IMG/VR virus record: IMGVR_UViG_3300036985_003763
Span: 1-53,196 of that record
Direction: 5' to 3' (one strand)
DNA length: 53,196 bases
Origin: a virus
Taxonomy: Duplodnaviria; Caudoviricetes
In this document: positions 44,130 to 52,386 of the stretch, piece by piece
Position numbering within the stretch: position 1 is the stretch's first letter
Layout: every line of letters starts with the position of its first letter
Notes under the pieces: generated by a model
Told to the model about the DNA's origin: nothing
What the model saw: the letters and a program-made list of their open reading frames with translations, nothing else
Databases searched by the model: none
Translations under genes and position numbers: made by a program

Positions 44130-44981
44130 ATGACGCAAGCTATCTATCAACAAGTGACTGACACTATTATCGCTCAGCTTGAGCAAGGCGCGGAAGCATG
44201 GGCTAAATGCTGGGCGGCTAACAGCCAAGCGCCTAGCAATCTAGTAAGCGGCAAGGCATACGGCGGCATTAATAACTTAGTGCTAACACTTGCCGCCAAT
44301 GCGCGTGGCTTCACTAGCAATCAATGGGCGACTTATCAGCAACACGCCGCCGCCGGCTATCAAGTGCAGAAGGGCGAAAAAGCCACCACAATCATTTTTT
44401 ATAAGCCCGTCGCCGGTAAAGTGGACGCGGATACTGGCGACGTCACTAGCGGCTATGCCGTGCTAAAGTCATACAGCGTATTTAACTTAGCTCAAACCGA
44501 CGCGCCGGCGCAACCAGCCGCGCCGCTCGATACTTTCGAAGCCATTGCAGAATGCGAAGCGCGTATCGTGGCGACGGGCGCTGATATTAGACACGGCGGC
44601 GACCGTGCATTTTATCGCCCTGCCGATGATAGTATTACCTTGCCACCTCGCGCCAGCTTCACCACGCCAGCCCATTATTATGCCACTGCCTTTCATGAGC
44701 TAAGCCACTGGACTGGCGCGAAGCATAGACTAGCCCGTGACTTATCCGGACGGTTCGGCAATGAAGCCTACGCCGCCGAGGAACTTATCGCCGAACTAAG
44801 CGCGGCATTTCTTTGCGCGTCGCACGGCGTGACTGGTGACTTGCGCCACGCTGGTTATATTGAAAGCTGGTTGCGCGTGTTGCGCGATGATAACAAGGCT
44901 ATATTTAAAGCGGCGGCATTGGCGCAAAAAGCGGCGGACTATGTGCAAGGCGTCACGCACGCCGAAGCTGTAGCGGCTTAA
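44130..44981 (+). CDS. ardC: ArdC-like ssDNA-binding/zincin antirestriction protein
   Basis: YGGINNL, WATYQQ, VQKGEK, VFNLAQ, AFY, FHELSHWTG, YAAEELIAEL and YIESW motifs. Confidence 0.92.
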   Translation: MTQAIYQQVTDTIIAQLEQGAEAWAKCWAANSQAPSNLVSGKAYGGINNLVLTLAANARGFTSNQWATYQQHAAAGYQVQKGEKATTIIFYKPVAGKVDADTGDVTSGYAVLKSYSVFNLAQTDAPAQPAAPLDTFEAIAECEARIVATGADIRHGGDRAFYRPADDSITLPPRASFTTPAHYYATAFHELSHWTGAKHRLARDLSGRFGNEAYAAEELIAELSAAFLCASHGVTGDLRHAGYIESWLRVLRDDNKAIFKAAALAQKAADYVQGVTHAEAVAA

Positions 44982-45001
44982 ACACTGCCGGCAATACCCA
45001 T

Positions 45002-45031
45002 GCCCTTAGTGCGACGTGCTAGGGGCTTTTT
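45002..45031 (+). terminator. Rho-independent terminator after ardC
   Basis: GCCCTTAG...CTAGGGGC-TTTTT; built from heptamer units. Confidence 0.7.
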
Positions 45032-45050
45032 AATGGGCGCTCAATGCATC

Positions 45051-45156
45051 GCGCTAGGTGCTAGGATACTAAGCGCCACGCACTAGGCACAATGCACTAA
45101 GCGCCACGCACTTGGCACGTCGCACTAAGGGCTAAGCACTTGACACTTTGCGCCAC
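45051..45156. repeat. Heptamer array 3
   Basis: gcgccac gcactag gcacaat gcactaa gcgccac gcacttg gcacgtc gcactaa... Confidence 0.85.
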
Positions 45157-45174
45157 GCAATACCAAGCCGCTTT

Positions 45175-45450
45175 TTGGAATGTGTGACAGTGTGCCGGCA
45201 GGCTGGCATTGCTTCCTAGTCACTCTGTCACACAATAACTTAATAAATTAAAATTTTATAGTAATACCTAGGGTTTTAGGTATTGGCTAATATCACTATT
45301 TAACCTTGTAGAATTGGACGCAAAATTGCAGTTATTTTGTGACGGCTTGCAACCCATTGATTTATATAAAATAAATCTAAGAACTTAATTTTTTAAATCT
45401 GTGATTGTGTGACAGAAAAAGTTGTAAGCTATTGATTATAAACACATTGT
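45175..45450. other. Putative replication origin (AT-rich, TGTGAC repeats)
   Basis: Non-coding; TGTGTGACAG/CTGTCACACA inverted repeat, further TGTGAC copies and ATTGATT motifs. Confidence 0.4.
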
Positions 45451-45586
45451 AATTTTAAGCTAAAAAGTGCCTAAAAAGTAAGCAAAGTATTATGTTAAAT
45501 TGGCAACAACAATCTTTTACAAAATGGCAATAAGAACAAGTAAAATAAGCATTTACAAAAACAAGCATTTATTTTGCATTTAGGTA

Positions 45587-45615
45587 TTGACAACGTGCGA
45601 AGTGCGGCGTATCGT
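45587..45615 (+). promoter_or_regulatory. Strong sigma70 early promoter
   Basis: TTGACA-17-TATCGT with AT-rich upstream element. Confidence 0.75.
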
Positions 45616-45672
45616 GGTGCTTAGTGCGAAGTGCAGGGCACCAAGCACCAAGCACCAAGCACCAAGTGCAAC
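45595..45672. repeat. Heptamer array 4 overlapping the promoter
   Basis: gtgctta gtgcgaa gtgcagg (gcaccaa)x4 gtgcaac. Confidence 0.85.
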
Positions 45673-45713
45673 ACTATCGCGGCTTAGCCGCTGACTATAT
45701 AGGAGTAAACACC

Positions 45714-45914
45714 ATGGCAACATTAGCTTATAACACTTTAACAATGGGCGACATCACCAAGCTGGATATCCGGCAGGGCGATTTTACCGAGGGCGACGGT
45801 TCATATACCGAGCTGGTTATCTCTGACAAGCACGGCAACCGGTTCAGCATCACGCTTTATTCTGACGCCGAGCCGCTGGGCTTAAATATAACACGCTCAC
45901 CCAACAGAATTTAA
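45714..45914 (+). CDS. Early hypothetical protein
   Basis: AGGAG RBS before MATLAY. Confidence 0.7.
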   Translation: MATLAYNTLTMGDITKLDIRQGDFTEGDGSYTELVISDKHGNRFSITLYSDAEPLGLNITRSPNRI

Positions 45915-45927
45915 AGGAGTAGACACC

Positions 45928-46344
45928 ATGGCAACAAGGGCTTTATATATCTTTGACGACGGCGTGACTGCCGTCACCGTGTATAAACACTGGGACGGAT
46001 ACCCCGAAATAAAAGGCGCGTATGGCTTTATATTTAAAGCCCTGCCGTATGCTTGGGACTTGCCGCGATATGAGGCGGACGACTTTGCGGCGGCTTTCGT
46101 GGCGGCTAATAAACTTAAAGGCGGCGGCGACGTGCGCGTGTGCAACGAGGCGACGACCAACGGCGACGTGCTAGGCATTGAGTTTACCTACACCGTTAGA
46201 CAATACGGCAATGCGCTAGTGGTAGACACGCACAGCCATTTTCACGCTGACAAGGTTTACGAACTTGTATATATAACAGCAGTGGACGGAGTGCGAGGTG
46301 CGACGCCCGTGCCACTTGATGACAATGACAACCTACCATTATAG
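45928..46344 (+). CDS. Early protein (MATRA...YxHWDGYP type)
   Basis: AAGGAG RBS; VYKHWDGYP motif common in phage early genes. Confidence 0.8.
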   Translation: MATRALYIFDDGVTAVTVYKHWDGYPEIKGAYGFIFKALPYAWDLPRYEADDFAAAFVAANKLKGGGDVRVCNEATTNGDVLGIEFTYTVRQYGNALVVDTHSHFHADKVYELVYITAVDGVRGATPVPLDDNDNLPL

Positions 46345-46346
46345 GA

Positions 46347-46877
46347 GTGATACCCATGCTTAACTATGAAATTGAAACAGACGACCACAGTTTTAGCCCA
46401 CGCGAATGGGACAATCTAGGCGTAATAGTCACATGGCACAGGCGCTATGGCTTAGGCGACCAACAACCAACCCATGCACCAAGCGAGTGGCTGGACAATC
46501 TAAAAGCGCGTGATCCAAGCGCCATTGTGATACCGGTTTATATGTATGAGCACGGCGGCATAACCATAAGCACGTCGCCCTTTAATTGCCGGTTTGACAG
46601 TGGACAGCTAGGCTACATTTATACAACACTAGACCGCGCTAAGCAATTTAGAGTGCAAGCGTGGAAACGCTGGACTAAAGCGCGACGTGCGGAGTGCGAG
46701 GCTGTATTGCACAGGGAAATTGCGGAGTATGACCAGTTTTTGCGTGGCGACGTTTACAGCTACAAAATACTGGACGACGGCGAAGTGTTGGACAGCGCCG
46801 GCGGATACTATGACCGCGACGAGTGCGAGGCGGACGCGCAAGCGATTATCGACAACCTACTATTAAAGGCGGCGTAA
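46347..46877 (+). CDS. Early protein (PVYMYEHGG...FDSGQLG type)
   Basis: SPREWDNLG and YDQFLRGDVY motifs; family often seen near antirestriction genes. Confidence 0.75.
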   Translation: MIPMLNYEIETDDHSFSPREWDNLGVIVTWHRRYGLGDQQPTHAPSEWLDNLKARDPSAIVIPVYMYEHGGITISTSPFNCRFDSGQLGYIYTTLDRAKQFRVQAWKRWTKARRAECEAVLHREIAEYDQFLRGDVYSYKILDDGEVLDSAGGYYDRDECEADAQAIIDNLLLKAA

Positions 46878-46879
46878 TC

Positions 46880-47494
46880 ATGCAAACCATTCAATTCATG
46901 CCTAAGCTTAGCGCGACCGGCAAAATGCCGTGCGCCAGCTTCAGTATACCGGCGCAAGCGTGTAAGACCGGCGGCAAGCTGGTTAAAATTAAGGGTTCAG
47001 TGTGCTCTGACTGTTACGCGCTCAAGGGTTCGTATCGTTACCCTACTGTTATGGCGCACCGAAGCCACAATCTTAATTCAATGGCGAACTTGGACGACTG
47101 GACGGCTAATATGATTAAGCTAATCCACAGCACCAACGAAACGGGATACTTTCGCTGGTTTGATAGTGGCGACGTGCAAAGTGCGAAGCACTTGGAAGCC
47201 ATTATTGATATCGCCGAAGCCCTGCCGGACGTGCGCTTTTGGTTACCGACCAAGGAAGCCGGCATAATTAAGCGCAACAAGCGTGACGTGCCGGACAACC
47301 TAGCCATAAGACTATCAATGCCAATGATTGACCAGCCGCCAACGGGCGCGTGGAAGCTGACCAGCACAGTGCGAAGTGCTAAGGGCGACGTGCAGGGTGC
47401 GCAGTGCAAAGCACCAAGCAACAACGGCAAGTGCGGGACGTGCCGCGACTGCTGGGATACAAGCATAGCTAACATAACTTACATTAAACACTAA
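46880..47494 (+). CDS. Gp88-like Cys-rich (probable Fe-S) protein
   Basis: KMP, CKTG, CSDCYA, FRWFDSGD, FWLPTKE, CGTCRDCW motifs. Confidence 0.8.
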   Translation: MQTIQFMPKLSATGKMPCASFSIPAQACKTGGKLVKIKGSVCSDCYALKGSYRYPTVMAHRSHNLNSMANLDDWTANMIKLIHSTNETGYFRWFDSGDVQSAKHLEAIIDIAEALPDVRFWLPTKEAGIIKRNKRDVPDNLAIRLSMPMIDQPPTGAWKLTSTVRSAKGDVQGAQCKAPSNNGKCGTCRDCWDTSIANITYIKH

Positions 47495-47507
47495 GGGAGT
47501 AAACAAC

Positions 47508-47681
47508 ATGGAAATGAAACTAGACAACGTATTGAAAGCATTGGACTACATTATAGACAATGAATATAACCACTATTTAGAGTGCGTGGACGACGACAAC
47601 GAGGCGACCGTGCAAAGCCACATATATTTAACTGCCGTGGACGCCAAAACCGACTTAAACCGCTATTTTAACTTTATGTAA
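47508..47681 (+). CDS. Small acidic early protein
   Basis: GGGAG RBS; 57 aa; not in ORF track. Confidence 0.65.
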   Translation: MEMKLDNVLKALDYIIDNEYNHYLECVDDDNEATVQSHIYLTAVDAKTDLNRYFNFM

Positions 47682-47695
47682 GGGAGTGACTAACA

Positions 47696-47890
47696 ATGAC
47701 CGACAACGCTAACAAAATAAACAGCATTATTGCCTACAACCTAGACTTATGCCAATCAGACAGCAGTTTTAACGACCAATTTGTATATGACTTGCTAATG
47801 TATGGTTTTAAAGGGCTGGCTAACATGACCGACGCCGAGCTGGACAAGGAACTGGCGCAATGTGACTTTGATACATCAACGGAGGTATAA
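47696..47890 (+). CDS. Small acidic early protein
   Basis: GGGAG RBS; GFKGLANMTDAEL motif. Confidence 0.7.
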   Translation: MTDNANKINSIIAYNLDLCQSDSSFNDQFVYDLLMYGFKGLANMTDAELDKELAQCDFDTSTEV

Positions 47891-47892
47891 CA

Positions 47893-48084
47893 ATGACATT
47901 ACACGATAACATAAGCTGGTGCGTGAGCCGCCTAGTGGATAATTACGAGTGGCAGGATATTATAGACTATGAGAACTGGCTGGACTTACAAGCTACTTTA
48001 ACTAACGCAATAATGGCGGACACGCGCCTAGCCAATCAAGTTTTAAAGGTATGCCTAGACGAAGGCATAATTGAGGAGGAATAA
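47893..48084 (+). CDS. Small acidic early protein
   Basis: GGAGG RBS. Confidence 0.7.
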   Translation: MTLHDNISWCVSRLVDNYEWQDIIDYENWLDLQATLTNAIMADTRLANQVLKVCLDEGIIEEE

Positions 48085-48087
48085 ATT

Positions 48088-48270
48088 ATGGTTACCAATC
48101 CAGCATTAAACGAAGCATTATCAGACTTAGACCAAGCGCAACGACTACTTGAAAACGTTTACGGTTACGCCCAAGACATAAGGAACGGCGAGCTAGAACG
48201 GCTTATGAGCGTGGCAGACAGTTGCATTATTGACGCAATAAACAGCATAAATAAAATACATTCATCTTAA
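48088..48270 (+). CDS. Small early protein
   Basis: GAGGAGG RBS. Confidence 0.65.
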   Translation: MVTNPALNEALSDLDQAQRLLENVYGYAQDIRNGELERLMSVADSCIIDAINSINKIHSS

Positions 48271-48283
48271 AGGAGTTTTAATC

Positions 48284-48565
48284 ATGGACTACGGACTATT
48301 TGCAGATAGGTTCAAGCCTATTCAGAACTTTATAGACGCCAGCGCCAGCCTAGACGGTGTTATGTTTGAAACCTACGGCGACGAACTAGACTATGTTAAG
48401 GCGCAACCCGATAACAAAATATGGACGTATTGCGACGACGGTGACAACGGTTACCTATCGCAGGGCTATCATATAGTAAACCGGCTGGGCTATGTTATAT
48501 GTGCCAACCCTTGGACAGACGGCGACGACGAAGTGCACTTATATTCAGAAAAGGACTTTAACTAA
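48284..48565 (+). CDS. Small acidic early protein
   Basis: AAGGAG RBS; FETYG...IWT...GYHIVNRLGY motif. Confidence 0.75.
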   Translation: MDYGLFADRFKPIQNFIDASASLDGVMFETYGDELDYVKAQPDNKIWTYCDDGDNGYLSQGYHIVNRLGYVICANPWTDGDDEVHLYSEKDFN

Positions 48566-48566
48566 A

Positions 48567-48779
48567 ATGAACTTTGAATTTGAGCACCAAGGTTACTTAG
48601 TGACCGCTAATGTTACCGAAACTTACGACGGCTACGGCACTGGCGACAGCCCGACATTGTATGAAGTAAATATCCGTAAGGTTTTGGATTTGGACGGCGA
48701 CAACGTAAAGCAAAGCGAGCTAGGCGACGGCTTTATTGACGAGCTAGAGGACGAAGCTATCAGAGTATATAAAGGATAA
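48567..48779 (+). CDS. Small acidic early protein (paralog 1)
   Basis: Start MNFEF; GYLVTA...YGTGDS...YEV. Confidence 0.7.
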   Translation: MNFEFEHQGYLVTANVTETYDGYGTGDSPTLYEVNIRKVLDLDGDNVKQSELGDGFIDELEDEAIRVYKG

Positions 48780-48783
48780 AACT

Positions 48784-48999
48784 ATGCGAGTAGAATTTGA
48801 AATGGACGGCTACTTAGTGACTGCTACTGTAAAAGAGATTAGCGACCCATACGGCACGGGTAATAGCAAAACTATTTATGAGGTAGACATAACCAAGCTA
48901 GTAGAGCAAAGAACGGGGCGCGTGGTGGACGAAAAAGAACTAAGCGAAGCCCTATTTGACAGCATGATTGACGAAGCGATTGACGTATTTAAGGAGTGA
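48784..48999 (+). CDS. Small acidic early protein (paralog 2)
   Basis: GYLVTA...YGTGNS...YEV. Confidence 0.7.
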   Translation: MRVEFEMDGYLVTATVKEISDPYGTGNSKTIYEVDITKLVEQRTGRVVDEKELSEALFDSMIDEAIDVFKE

Positions 49000-49250
49000 T
49001 TAAAATGACTATGCAACCAATAGGTGCAAGCACCTTAGTAGAGTGGCACGACGGCAACAAAGAAAATGCTTATATATCGTTTGGAACGTGGAACGATGAC
49101 GACGAAAAAGATAGCCATGGGGTATACGATGATAAGATTTTCTTTTACGCCCACGAAGGCGAGCCGGAAATAAAAGCTATGGCGACAGGTTACACGGAAG
49201 GCTTTAATGTGATTGATTATGATTTAGTTTATGACAAAGGCGAGGTATAA
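48996..49250 (+). CDS. Small acidic early protein
   Basis: AAGGAG RBS; YISFG...DDKIFFY. Confidence 0.7.
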   Translation: MIKMTMQPIGASTLVEWHDGNKENAYISFGTWNDDDEKDSHGVYDDKIFFYAHEGEPEIKAMATGYTEGFNVIDYDLVYDKGEV

Positions 49251-49252
49251 AA

Positions 49253-49787
49253 ATGTATAAAGTTTACAACCATAACAGAACGTGCCTAGGCACATTTGAC
49301 AACGAAAAGGACGCGCTGGCTTGTGCAGAGGAGTATCGCTATCAGACAGGGAACGCCGCCTATGTTGAAAGGCTAATCAATGTTAAATAAACACTATGAA
49401 ATGCTTGGCGACGCAGTGCGACGTGCGAGGAACGAAGTGCTAAGTAGCGAGGAACTGGGCAAGCTAATCATGCAGTATGTGGAACTGTTACAACAGGAAG
49501 CAATGCGCGACGAGCGCGACATAATCAACGGTAAAGGAGTGTAGCATGGCAAACTTAAAGGACTGGGATAAGGAATATCAAGAGATGGTGACCGAGCACC
49601 TATATGGACTGGAAAAGGAAGCCCTAGTAAACTGGCTGATAGAAATTATGCACAATAACGATATAGAGGACATGATTGACATCATAGAGGAATTGAAAAG
49701 GAGTGAGCTATGACCGCAGACACAATGGACAAAGTGGTGTTTTGGGTAAGCGTAATGATTGCCTTGTATTTTATTGTAAAGGGATAA
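49253..49787 (+). CDS. Four coupled mini-ORFs (49253-49390, 49380-49544, 49546-49713, 49710-49787)
   Basis: RBS-like motifs and adjacent or overlapping start/stop codons; the last is a 25-aa single-TM peptide. Confidence 0.6.
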
Positions 49788-49788
49788 T

Positions 49789-49971
49789 ATGAAACGATTT
49801 GATGGTTACAACCGCCACGACTTTTACTACCCACGCAGTAGCCGCGAGGCATTTGGCAGTAATTTTGAAGTGGACGAAGTTGTAAAAGAGGAACATTGGT
49901 GGGATGTGGTGATTTTTGCAGTGGTGCTAGGTGCGCTGATGGTAACGGTGACATACTATGCAAATTCGTAG
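49789..49971 (+). CDS. Small membrane protein
   Basis: YPRSSREAFG motif plus C-terminal TM segment. Confidence 0.7.
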   Translation: MKRFDGYNRHDFYYPRSSREAFGSNFEVDEVVKEEHWWDVVIFAVVLGALMVTVTYYANS

Positions 49972-50212
49972 GCGGTATGCCAAAACTAGAATGGCGAGCC
50001 ACCGGCGGAACTACCTGCCCAAGTGGTTGAAGTTTAATCGTTACCTAGCCTTTACGACAACCTTGAAATACGGTAAGAAAGCACCGCTAAGCCGATGGCA
50101 CAGGAAAGCAAAATGCGACTGATAATAGAGTATATACAATGTTACTGGCAGAGTTTTGCGCTGGGTATGTTGGCTATGTTTACAGCACTAAAGATAAAGG
50201 AAAGGAAAGCTA

Positions 50213-50629
50213 ATGAAGTTACACCCAATGCACGTCGTAGAGATAAATAACAACCGTGATGCAGTCTACAAGTATGTAAGAGATAGGAAAGACACAACAG
50301 CGTCGCAGTGCATGGCAGACCTACAAATAGGCGAGAAGTTGAAAGTTTATTTAGAATGGCTGGCATTACGCGGACACCTTACAAGGGTAAAGCGAACGAT
50401 AGATGGTAGAAGGCAGTATATCTACAATGCTGGGCTGATACCGTATGTAAAAGATACCGTTACCATACCCACGCAAGACGATGTAAAGGCAGCAGACCTG
50501 CTAAGTAGCGTGACAAAAGTGTATAGGCTACTGGACAGACCCGCGCCCGAAGGTGCTAAGCGTGAGAAAAAGGCAAGTGGCTACGCCGGCAATATGCAAA
50601 GTAGTATGCAAACTTTTAACAGTTGGTAA
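50213..50629 (+). CDS. Probable winged-helix protein
   Basis: Helix pattern followed by GHLTRVKRTIDGRRQYIY wing. Confidence 0.55.
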   Translation: MKLHPMHVVEINNNRDAVYKYVRDRKDTTASQCMADLQIGEKLKVYLEWLALRGHLTRVKRTIDGRRQYIYNAGLIPYVKDTVTIPTQDDVKAADLLSSVTKVYRLLDRPAPEGAKREKKASGYAGNMQSSMQTFNSW

Positions 50630-50638
50630 GGAGATGAC

Positions 50639-50851
50639 ATGGAAATAAACTTAAAGATAGAAGACAGTGACTTGTTGTGGCAAACCTTGGACGGTGTTGT
50701 GCTAAGCGTATTAAAAGCACTGAAGCAAGACACCGAAAGCGAACTGATGCTACCCGACATGCACCCGCAAGACAAAGAGATGAGCGAGAAAGTGCTGGAA
50801 GCGTGTAAGGTGCTGATTAAGTATTACAGCGTAAACGAGGCAAGCGAGTAG
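50639..50851 (+). CDS. Hypothetical protein
   Basis: AAGGAG RBS. Confidence 0.7.
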   Translation: MEINLKIEDSDLLWQTLDGVVLSVLKALKQDTESELMLPDMHPQDKEMSEKVLEACKVLIKYYSVNEASE

Positions 50852-50864
50852 TAACATTATTAGA

Positions 50865-50894
50865 TTGACAATTCAGTAGATGTAAGCGTAAAGT
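50865..50894 (+). promoter_or_regulatory. Sigma70-like promoter
   Basis: TTGACA-18-TAAAGT in an intergenic gap. Confidence 0.55.
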
Positions 50895-50962
50895 AGCAAG
50901 ACATCAAGCACAAAGTGCTTTGATTACAACCACATAACCATGAAACTTGAAGGAGTTTAGAG

Positions 50963-51706
50963 ATGGACACCCTAGAAGACTTACTTGAAGCACTCAGTGC
51001 GATGCGCGAAGAACTTAAAGACGAGAACGATAAGGCAGACGCGACAGAGCGCAACCGTAATTACCAAGCGTTTATGAACATCATGCGTCACGACGAGGAC
51101 TTGTCATGATATGGGGCTTGGTGTTGCTAGTAATTTGGATAATTTTGATCGGGGCAGACTAATGGTAAAGCAAAAATACGACCCACAGGACTTTGACGCG
51201 AGGGATGTGTTTGCCGCCTTAGCATTGGTGGGTTTACTGGCGAACGATAAAGAGTGGACTGACGACGCCTTGTGCGAGTTAGCATACGACTTGGCAGACG
51301 TCATGTTAAAAACTAAAAGGAAAAAATAAAATGACAGATAACACACGATGTGCGAAGTGCGATGCACCCTTGTTTGATGACCTTAGAGCCGTGAGTGACC
51401 TAGGCAAAGGCGTTGAGCAAGTATGCGCGGCATGCTGGCTAGAAATCAATGAGCAAGTCTACCTAGAAGACTACCCTGATGACTTGGGGGTTGCCTAATT
51501 TTAAGGGGCAAACCGCAATGACTACAGGATTTTTTGAGAGGGGTAAACGGATAGCTAAGTGGGCGGATAATAATATGGCTAAAGATGAAGGCTACTGGTG
51601 CGTAATATGCCAACGCTTTATTGAGGCAGATGACGATGGGTTGATTGTGCATGATGATATACCACATGGTGACATGACGTTTAATGAAGAGGAAAAACCG
51701 CAATGA
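50963..51706 (+). CDS. Run of small coupled ORFs, including an 18-aa hydrophobic peptide and a CxxC-CxxC protein
   Basis: MDTLEDLL..., MIWGLVLLVIWIILIGAD, MVKQKY..., MTDNNTRCAKC...CAAC and MTTGFF... with adjacent starts and stops. Confidence 0.55.
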
Positions 51707-51879
51707 CTAAAGACGAAGCATTAAAACTTATTGAACAAAAATATATTGAAACATTTAATGATAAGCCTGATGCAAATACTAAAATGATGATGCAAATGTC
51801 ATCACAGCGTGTAGCAGACGGTGAGAAGTTTCAATGGGAAAATAACGGACAATGGAAAGTAATGAGGTTTTTAAAATGA
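51703..51879 (+). CDS. MTKDEALK-start protein 1
   Basis: 58 aa; ATGA-coupled; not in ORF track. Confidence 0.65.
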   Translation: MTKDEALKLIEQKYIETFNDKPDANTKMMMQMSSQRVADGEKFQWENNGQWKVMRFLK

Positions 51880-52337
51880 TGACTAAAGACGAAGCGTTAA
51901 AGATGGCGATTGAAGCATTTGACAATATTGATATGAGTAATCAAACCAATGAGGAGTGCGCTAGGGCATGGTTTATTGAAGGGTATGTACAAGCGTTAGA
52001 ATGGCCACCAAAAGAAGCATTAGAGCAGCCAAGTGTTGCAGAATTAAATGACGAATACTTACATGATACCTATGTGGAAGGGTTGTCACAGCCAGCACAA
52101 GAACCTGTGGCGTTAAAGTTTCCAACCATGCTTCGCAAGATGTGGTCAGGTGGTGAAGTGCAAGAATGGCTAGACAAACAGCAATCACTTTACACCCAAC
52201 CTGCAACATCATGGCAAGGATTAAGTGATGATGAGATATGGAATATAGCAAATTTTTTAGGTAAAAATAAAGAATGGGATTATCCAGTTATGTTTGCTAA
52301 AACTATTGAAAAATCAATAAAGGAGAAGAACACATGA
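51876..52337 (+). CDS. MTKDEALK-start mosaic protein 2
   Basis: Modules KEALEQP, AQEPVA and WQGLSDDEI...KEKNT. Confidence 0.7.
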   Translation: MMTKDEALKMAIEAFDNIDMSNQTNEECARAWFIEGYVQALEWPPKEALEQPSVAELNDEYLHDTYVEGLSQPAQEPVALKFPTMLRKMWSGGEVQEWLDKQQSLYTQPATSWQGLSDDEIWNIANFLGKNKEWDYPVMFAKTIEKSIKEKNT

Positions 52338-52386
52338 CTAAAGACGAAGCATTAAAGATGGCGATTGATGTTAACTTTCGGAGAAT

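Noticed and set aside
43620-45672. CRISPR or guide-RNA (TIGR-like) array
   Set aside because: Period is 7 nt with no 25-40 nt repeat/spacer units, and no Cas or Nop-domain gene was recognised
45624-45713. N-terminal extension MRSAGHQAPSTKHQ; also ORF 43319-43717
   Set aside because: Translations of heptamer arrays; the real start follows AGGAG at 45714
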